Virus genome (UHGV): UHGV-0067349
Length of the DNA stretch: 10,368 nt
From: a virus
Reading direction: 5' to 3' (one strand)
Shown here: one piece after another, positions 7,157-10,368 of the stretch
How positions within the stretch are numbered: the stretch's first letter is position 1
Layout: every line of letters starts with the position of its first letter
Made by a program: the position numbers and the translations under genes
Notes under the pieces: generated by a model
What the model was told of the DNA's origin: nothing
The model's input: only the letters and a program-made list of their open reading frames with translations
Databases searched by the model: none

Positions 7157-7392
7157 GTCAGCACTATGGCTACTTTCTTTGCCAGCTCCGCTAATTCCTC
7201 GTCTTCAACACCCCACTCCAGCACAGCCAGAAGCATGGCCATCTTTGGGATAAAGCTGTCTTTCCATCGCGAAATTTGCGATTCATTGATCCCTAATGCA
7301 TCAGCAACCTTTCGCTGACCACGTACAGCAATTCGATTTAGGATGTTGCTTGTAATTGCATTCGCTTTCTTGCGAGTACTTGTAAGTTGCAT
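7114..7392 (-). CDS. cII: Transcriptional activator CII
   Basis: Internal ATG at 7392 of track ORF 7114..7479, with AAGGAAA SD. Gives MQLTSTRKKANAITSNILNRIAVRGQRKVADALGINESQISRWKDSFIPKMAMLLAVLEWGVEDEELAELAKKVAIVL..., matching the lambda CII core (SQISRWKRDWIPKFSMLLAVLEWGV) from memory. Confidence 0.8.
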   Translation of the reverse strand: MQLTSTRKKANAITSNILNRIAVRGQRKVADALGINESQISRWKDSFIPKMAMLLAVLEWGVEDEELAELAKKVAIVLTKEKPQDCCNSFEA

Positions 7393-7449
7393 ATGTAAGT
7401 ATTTCCTTAACAAATAAGAAGTTATGCGCATCAACTTATGCGCGTTGTA

Positions 7450-7495
7450 TTCCCGCATTTCGGCGGGAATGAGGACCATGACTGTTAAAGAGCGG
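7450..7495 (-). promoter_or_regulatory. nutR (boxA plus boxB hairpin) between cro and cII
   Basis: Minus strand has boxA CGCTCTTTAACA (plus 7484-7495), a 14-nt spacer, then boxB hairpin UUCCCGC-CGAAAU-GCGGGAA (plus 7450-7469). The same boxA/boxB pair recurs on the plus strand downstream of PL. Confidence 0.6.
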
Positions 7496-7500
7496 TGTTA

Positions 7501-7695
7501 CTATTTGTTTTTCTTGTTGCTTGGGAAAGGACGAACTTCCTCTCCAATCACACTGCCATCAGGCTTTACCGTAACCATGATGTTACGGCCTGCCAGAATG
7601 GCCTTGCTGATAGCGCACTGGATTACACCAAAGTCACTGGCTGCTTTAGCCTGTCCATGGATTTTGGCGTAATCGGCAAGTGTCATTCGAATCAT
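7501..7695 (-). CDS. cro: Cro repressor
   Basis: ATG at 7695 with GGAG 7 nt upstream: [64 protein letters not shown] (64 aa). Roughly 60 percent similar to lambda Cro by eye; diverged in the recognition helix. The track start at 7701 is an upstream GTG. Confidence 0.85.
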   Translation of the reverse strand: MIRMTLADYAKIHGQAKAASDFGVIQCAISKAILAGRNIMVTVKPDGSVIGEEVRPFPSNKKNK

Positions 7696-7724
7696 ATGCA
7701 CTCTCCGTTATTAACCATGAACAA

Positions 7725-7795
7725 AGAATACTACAGGTATTCAAAGCAATCAATACTCAGGGTATTTTTAGTTTAAGTACCTTAGCTATTAGAAT
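7725..7795. promoter_or_regulatory. OR operator region with divergent PR (minus strand) and PRM (plus strand)
   Basis: Three 15-bp sites of form AATAC-N5-GTATT: OR1 7727-7741 AATACTACAGGTATT, OR2 7752-7766 AATACTCAGGGTATT, weaker OR3 7776-7790 AGTACCTTAGCTATT. PR on minus strand: -35 TTGATT (7748-7753), -10 TATTCT (7725-7730), 17-nt spacer. PRM on plus strand: -10 TAGAAT at 7790-7795, 7 nt before the cI ATG with no SD, implying leaderless cI mRNA as in lambda. Confidence 0.6.
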
Positions 7796-7801
7796 TAAGC
7801 T

Positions 7802-8518
7802 ATGGAAAATAAAAAATCACTGACGACAGAACAGCTCGAAGACGCTAAGCGGCTTAAGGCTTTGTATGAGTCAAAAAAGAAAGAATTGGGAATAACCCAA
7901 TACTCAATCGCTGATGAACTGGGTATCACCCAAGGAGCGGTAGGGCATTATCTTAATGGCAGAAACGCGCTAAACGTTGAGGTTGCATCTGGTTTTGCAC
8001 GATTGTTGCAAGTCTCAATTGCTGATTTTAGCCAGTCAATTGCTGCCAAGGTTGCAGAACAGGCAGAAAGCCTTAAGAGCGATGCCAACGTAAGGTATGC
8101 AGGGGAATACAGAGCAGGAAAGAGGTATCCGGTGTTAAGCAGTATCCAGGCTGGCTCGTGGTGTGAAGCATGCGAACCATACACCATTAAAGACATAGAT
8201 GTTTGGCTTGAGTCTGACGCGCATATTCAAGGTAATGCGTTTTGGCTTAAAGTGGAAGGTGATTCAATGACGGCACCGGTTGGGTTAAGCATTCCAGAGG
8301 GAACATTCGTTCTTTTCGATACCGGAAGGGAGGCGATCAACGGCAGCTTGGTCATAGCAAAACTTTCTGACTCTAACGAAGCAACATTCAAGAAGCTGAT
8401 AATCGACGGCGGAAATAAATACCTCAAGGGACTTAACCCTGCATGGCCTCTCGTGCCAATCAATGGAAACTGCAAGATTATAGGCGTTGCAATTGAGACA
8501 AAACTAAGGCTGGTTTGA
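7802..8518 (+). CDS. cI: CI prophage repressor (HTH N-domain plus LexA-like S24 autocleavage C-domain)
   Basis: 238-aa ORF MENKKSLTTEQLEDAKRLKALYESKKKELGITQYSIADELGITQGAVGHYLNG... Parallels lambda cI, with AG cleavage site (IQAGSW), catalytic Ser motif VEGDSMTAP and Lys motif TFKKL. Divergent from, and heteroimmune to, lambda. Confidence 0.9.
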   Translation: MENKKSLTTEQLEDAKRLKALYESKKKELGITQYSIADELGITQGAVGHYLNGRNALNVEVASGFARLLQVSIADFSQSIAAKVAEQAESLKSDANVRYAGEYRAGKRYPVLSSIQAGSWCEACEPYTIKDIDVWLESDAHIQGNAFWLKVEGDSMTAPVGLSIPEGTFVLFDTGREAINGSLVIAKLSDSNEATFKKLIIDGGNKYLKGLNPAWPLVPINGNCKIIGVAIETKLRLV

Positions 8519-8535
8519 TCACGCAAGGGGCGATT

Positions 8536-8904
8536 ATGGTTGGAACCGCTATAGCAAGCTTTTTGGGGATGTTGGCAATCTCAACAATTTACGGCTTAGC
8601 GCATGCTTTTATTGCGAAATCTCTATCAGAAAAAATAAGCCAGGCTTGGGCGCATAGATCAGCTCGTTTCATGATTCTGGTGATCATGGCAATACAAGGG
8701 ATATCTGCATTTATCCTCTATGGATCAAGCTTATGCCTATTGTATCAAGGCGCGACATTTACGCCTTACACCAGTGATTACGGAACTCTATACGATGGTA
8801 GTGAAGACATCTCTATGGCTTGGATTGTCTTTGGTTTATCTATGGCCGTGTCTGTTGTAGCAGACATCATTAAGGTAATTCTCGTCTTAACCTTCGCTGA
8901 CTAA
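8536..8904 (+). CDS. Three-TM membrane protein co-transcribed downstream of cI (rexAB-position moron); function unknown
   Basis: ATG at 8536 with AAGGGG 5 nt upstream, 17 nt after the cI stop, same strand. MVGTAIASFLGMLAISTIYGLAHAFIAKSLSEKISQAWAHRSARFMILVIMAIQGISAFILYGSSLCLLYQGATFTPYTSDYGTLYDGSEDISMAWIVFGLSMAVSVVADIIKVILVLTFAD. Three hydrophobic helices. The track start at 8515 is an upstream TTG. Confidence 0.65.
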   Translation: MVGTAIASFLGMLAISTIYGLAHAFIAKSLSEKISQAWAHRSARFMILVIMAIQGISAFILYGSSLCLLYQGATFTPYTSDYGTLYDGSEDISMAWIVFGLSMAVSVVADIIKVILVLTFAD

Positions 8905-9037
8905 CCCATAATCCCGGCAGCAATAGCTATCGGGATCCACTTCACATATCCCGCATAAAAAGCACTGAACAAGCAGACACCGAAAAAAATAAATATCCTT
9001 TGTATTCATTTACTTATCATTATTTCACCAAAAAATA

Positions 9038-9079
9038 AATACCTTGGGTATTTACACAATAAAATACCTACAGTATTCT
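9038..9079 (+). promoter_or_regulatory. OL operators and PL promoter
   Basis: OL2 9038-9052 AATACCTTGGGTATT and OL1 9063-9077 AATACCTACAGTATT, the same AATAC-N5-GTATT motif and 25-bp centre spacing as OR1/OR2. PL: -35 TTTACA (9051-9056), 17-nt spacer, -10 TATTCT (9074-9079), identical to the PR -10. Confidence 0.55.
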
Positions 9080-9125
9080 TTAGCCATCAGCAGGACGCTG
9101 GAAGCCAAACGGAATAGATTGGCAG

Positions 9126-9167
9126 GCTCTTTAACATTGATGGGATTGTCCCGCCGAAATGCGGGAA
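9126..9167 (+). promoter_or_regulatory. nutL (boxA plus boxB)
   Basis: boxA GCTCTTTAACA (9126-9136), a 12-nt spacer, then boxB hairpin TCCCGC-CGAAAT-GCGGGAA (9149-9167). Core identical to nutR; about 40 nt downstream of the predicted PL start. Confidence 0.6.
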
Positions 9168-9680
9168 CTGAGTTTAACCAAACAGGAGGTGCCGTAATGG
9201 TGCACTAACGCGGTTAGACCGCAGCCGAAAGGCAATGCAGCAGTAATGATGCTGCCCCGAGTCGCGTAATGGCGAGCAGGTTTAGCAGACCGATGTGAGG
9301 GTAAATAAGGGAACATGCTCCGGAAAGGCAGCGCGAATGCCAGACGCGCACCGGTTATCAGCGGCTAATAAGCGACAGAGACTCAAGGGCATGAGCGCGC
9401 TCACTGCGAGAGTGTGAGTCAAAGAGTAGTTGGCTTTGGGGTGACGTGAAGTGCAGCTGCACGACGGCAACCGGAAGATAAGCACCCGGCGCGTCACCGC
9501 CAAAGTCAATTCCATAGGCGTTATGCAGCCGCCACCATATTCAAGAAAGCTGCACAAGAGGTAGGAGGATTTATGTGAATACTTACATTCAGTTGAGAGA
9601 TTAATTAAATAGAACTGATCGAGCAGAGTCCATAAAGGCTCATAAATGCTCTTCCATCCCCGTCTAATTGGCGGGGAAGG

Positions 9681-9716
9681 AAACAACTTTGTAATAAAAA
9701 AATTCCAAAGTTGTTT
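9681..9716 (+). promoter_or_regulatory. 11-bp perfect hairpin immediately upstream of the N ribosome-binding site
   Basis: AAACAACTTTG-(14-nt A-rich loop)-CAAAGTTGTTT, ending 4 nt before GGAGG and 14 nt before the N ATG. Analogous in position to the RNase III-processed leader hairpin that modulates N translation in lambda. Confidence 0.4.
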
Positions 9717-9730
9717 CATCGGAGGTCAAC

Positions 9731-10003
9731 ATGACAGTAGTCATTACATATCTGGCTGACGATAACGCCAGAAATCGCCGCAGAGCACGCAGACAGGCTC
9801 AACGTGAACAGGCAATGCAAGAGCAGCGACTGGCGCGAAAGATTGCGCTAAAGCTCTCTGGTTGCGTCAGAGCAGACAAAGCAGCATCACTCGGAAGCCT
9901 TCGCTGTAAGAAGGCAGATGAATGCAGTGGAAGTATTTGCCTGCCAAACGTAGCCATTTACGCGGCAGGCTACCGGAAATCAAAACAACTGACGGCGAGA
10001 TGA
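9731..10003 (+). CDS. N: Antiterminator N (arginine-rich motif); reading frame appears interrupted relative to the conserved C-terminus
   Basis: ATG at 9731 with GGAGG SD. MTVVITYLADDNARNRRRARRQAQREQAMQEQRLARKIALKLSGCVRADKAASLGSLRCKKADE... carries an ARM like lambda N (QTRRRERRAEKQAQW). The lambda-like N C-terminus (..GEMTCVGRQKQRGKSIPAYYD, stop 10057-10059) is in the -1 frame (open 9922-10059). Confidence 0.6.
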   Translation: MTVVITYLADDNARNRRRARRQAQREQAMQEQRLARKIALKLSGCVRADKAASLGSLRCKKADECSGSICLPNVAIYAAGYRKSKQLTAR

Positions 10004-10067
10004 CTTGTGTTGGTCGCCAGAAGCAACGCGGAAAATCAATTCCAGCTTATTACGATTGAGGTGAGCC

Positions 10068-10205
10068 ATGCTCAAGAAAGTCAAACGCCGACTTTACAAA
10101 GAAGGTAGATATTCATGCCAGTTGCCAAAATGCGACACAACAAAATGGAGTGTCGATGATTGGTGTAACTGGATAGATAGATACGGAACTTGGTGGGATA
10201 AATAA
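10068..10205 (+). CDS. Small Cys/Trp-rich hypothetical protein (45 aa)
   Basis: ATG 10068 preceded by TTGAGGTGAG 2 nt upstream. MLKKVKRRLYKEGRYSCQLPKCDTTKWSVDDWCNWIDRYGTWWDK. Below track cut-off. No family recognised. Confidence 0.3.
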   Translation: MLKKVKRRLYKEGRYSCQLPKCDTTKWSVDDWCNWIDRYGTWWDK

Positions 10206-10259
10206 CAGGTAACTTAAGCGTATTTACTTTCGCAGCAAACCACTTATTTGAGGTGAGAT

Positions 10260-10346
10260 ATGGAAGAAGAATTTGAAGAGTTCGAAGAGCATCCGCAGGA
10301 TGTGATGGAACAATACCAGGACTATCCGTATGACTACGACTATTGA
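10260..10346 (+). CDS. Small highly acidic hypothetical peptide (28 aa)
   Basis: ATG 10260 preceded by the same TTGAGGTGAG motif. MEEEFEEFEEHPQDVMEQYQDYPYDYDY. Overlaps the ral start in another frame. Speculative. Confidence 0.25.
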   Translation: MEEEFEEFEEHPQDVMEQYQDYPYDYDY

Positions 10347-10368
10347 TAAGAATCAATGGTGTGGACAA
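10330..10368 (+). CDS. ral: Restriction-alleviation protein Ral, first 13 codons (continues past window end)
   Basis: ATG 10330 gives MTTTIDKNQWCGQ, matching the lambda Ral N-terminus from memory. Expected position downstream of N on the PL transcript. Confidence 0.6.
   Translation, partial: MTTTIDKNQWCGQ

Noticed and set aside
7422-7444. Apparent tR1 hairpin between nutR and cII
   Set aside because: On inspection, TTATGCGCA / TTATGCGCG is a direct repeat, not an inverted repeat, so it does not form a terminator stem. Any tR1 here would have to be Rho-dependent and cannot be called from sequence.
7032-7776. Plus-strand ORFs 7032..7253, 7424..7672 and 7495..7776
   Set aside because: Antisense to cII and cro and the small-ORF region. 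The region is explained by cro, nutR, cII and the oop-like RNA.
7948-8526. Minus-strand ORFs 7948..8196 and 8227..8526
   Set aside because: Antisense inside cI, which has strong repressor features.
8905-8935. Hairpin ATCCCG-(14 nt)-CGGGAT after the membrane-protein gene as a PRM-operon terminator
   Set aside because: Large loop and no following U-tract; insufficient for an intrinsic terminator call.
9613-9630. Hammerhead-ribozyme-like CTGATCGAG...GTC
   Set aside because: The core reads CTGATCGAG rather than CUGAUGAG, and no supporting stem I/II/III arrangement was found.
9131-9719. Minus-strand ORFs 9131..9316 (61 aa) and 9282..9719 (145 aa) across the N leader
   Set aside because: No SD. 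Cys/Ser/Leu/Arg-rich composition typical of GC-rich antisense reading. They would run against PL transcription through nutL and the N leader hairpin. Openness is better explained by GC bias, though this is not proven without conservation data.
10081-10368. Minus-strand 95-aa ORF
   Set aside because: Antisense to ral and the small ORFs downstream of N; no RBS; continues off the window edge.
1-10368. CRISPR arrays, IS elements or transposase genes, integrase or att sites
   Set aside because: No regularly spaced repeat arrays, no transposase- or integrase-like ORFs and no terminal inverted repeats were seen. The only repeat families are the operators, iterons and nut sites.

Overview
This window is a lambdoid prophage segment, inverted relative to the usual lambda map, running from the lysis cassette through the late promoter, nin region, replication and immunity modules to N and ral. 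All calls rest on reading the sequence and on recalled similarity to lambda-family proteins; no database search or folding was run. Minus strand, low to high coordinates: partial SAR endolysin, dual-start pinholin-like holin, two tandem tRNA-like genes, tR'/6S RNA/PR', Q, ninH, rusA, ybcO-like, ninF, ninE, ninB, three small genes behind a tR2-like terminator, DnaB-type helicase, O-like initiator with internal iteron origin, cII, nutR and cro. Plus strand: OR/PRM, a LexA-like cI repressor, a 3-TM membrane protein in the rexAB slot, OL/PL, nutL, a long structured leader, N (apparently frameshifted), two small ORFs and the start of ral. The element is mosaic: Q, PR' and the late leader look lambda-like, while immunity, replication, lysis and parts of nin do not. 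The most interesting candidates are the membrane protein downstream of cI, the ORF-free GC-rich block in the N leader, the three-gene cassette behind tR2, the tRNA insertion after tR', and the N frameshift.
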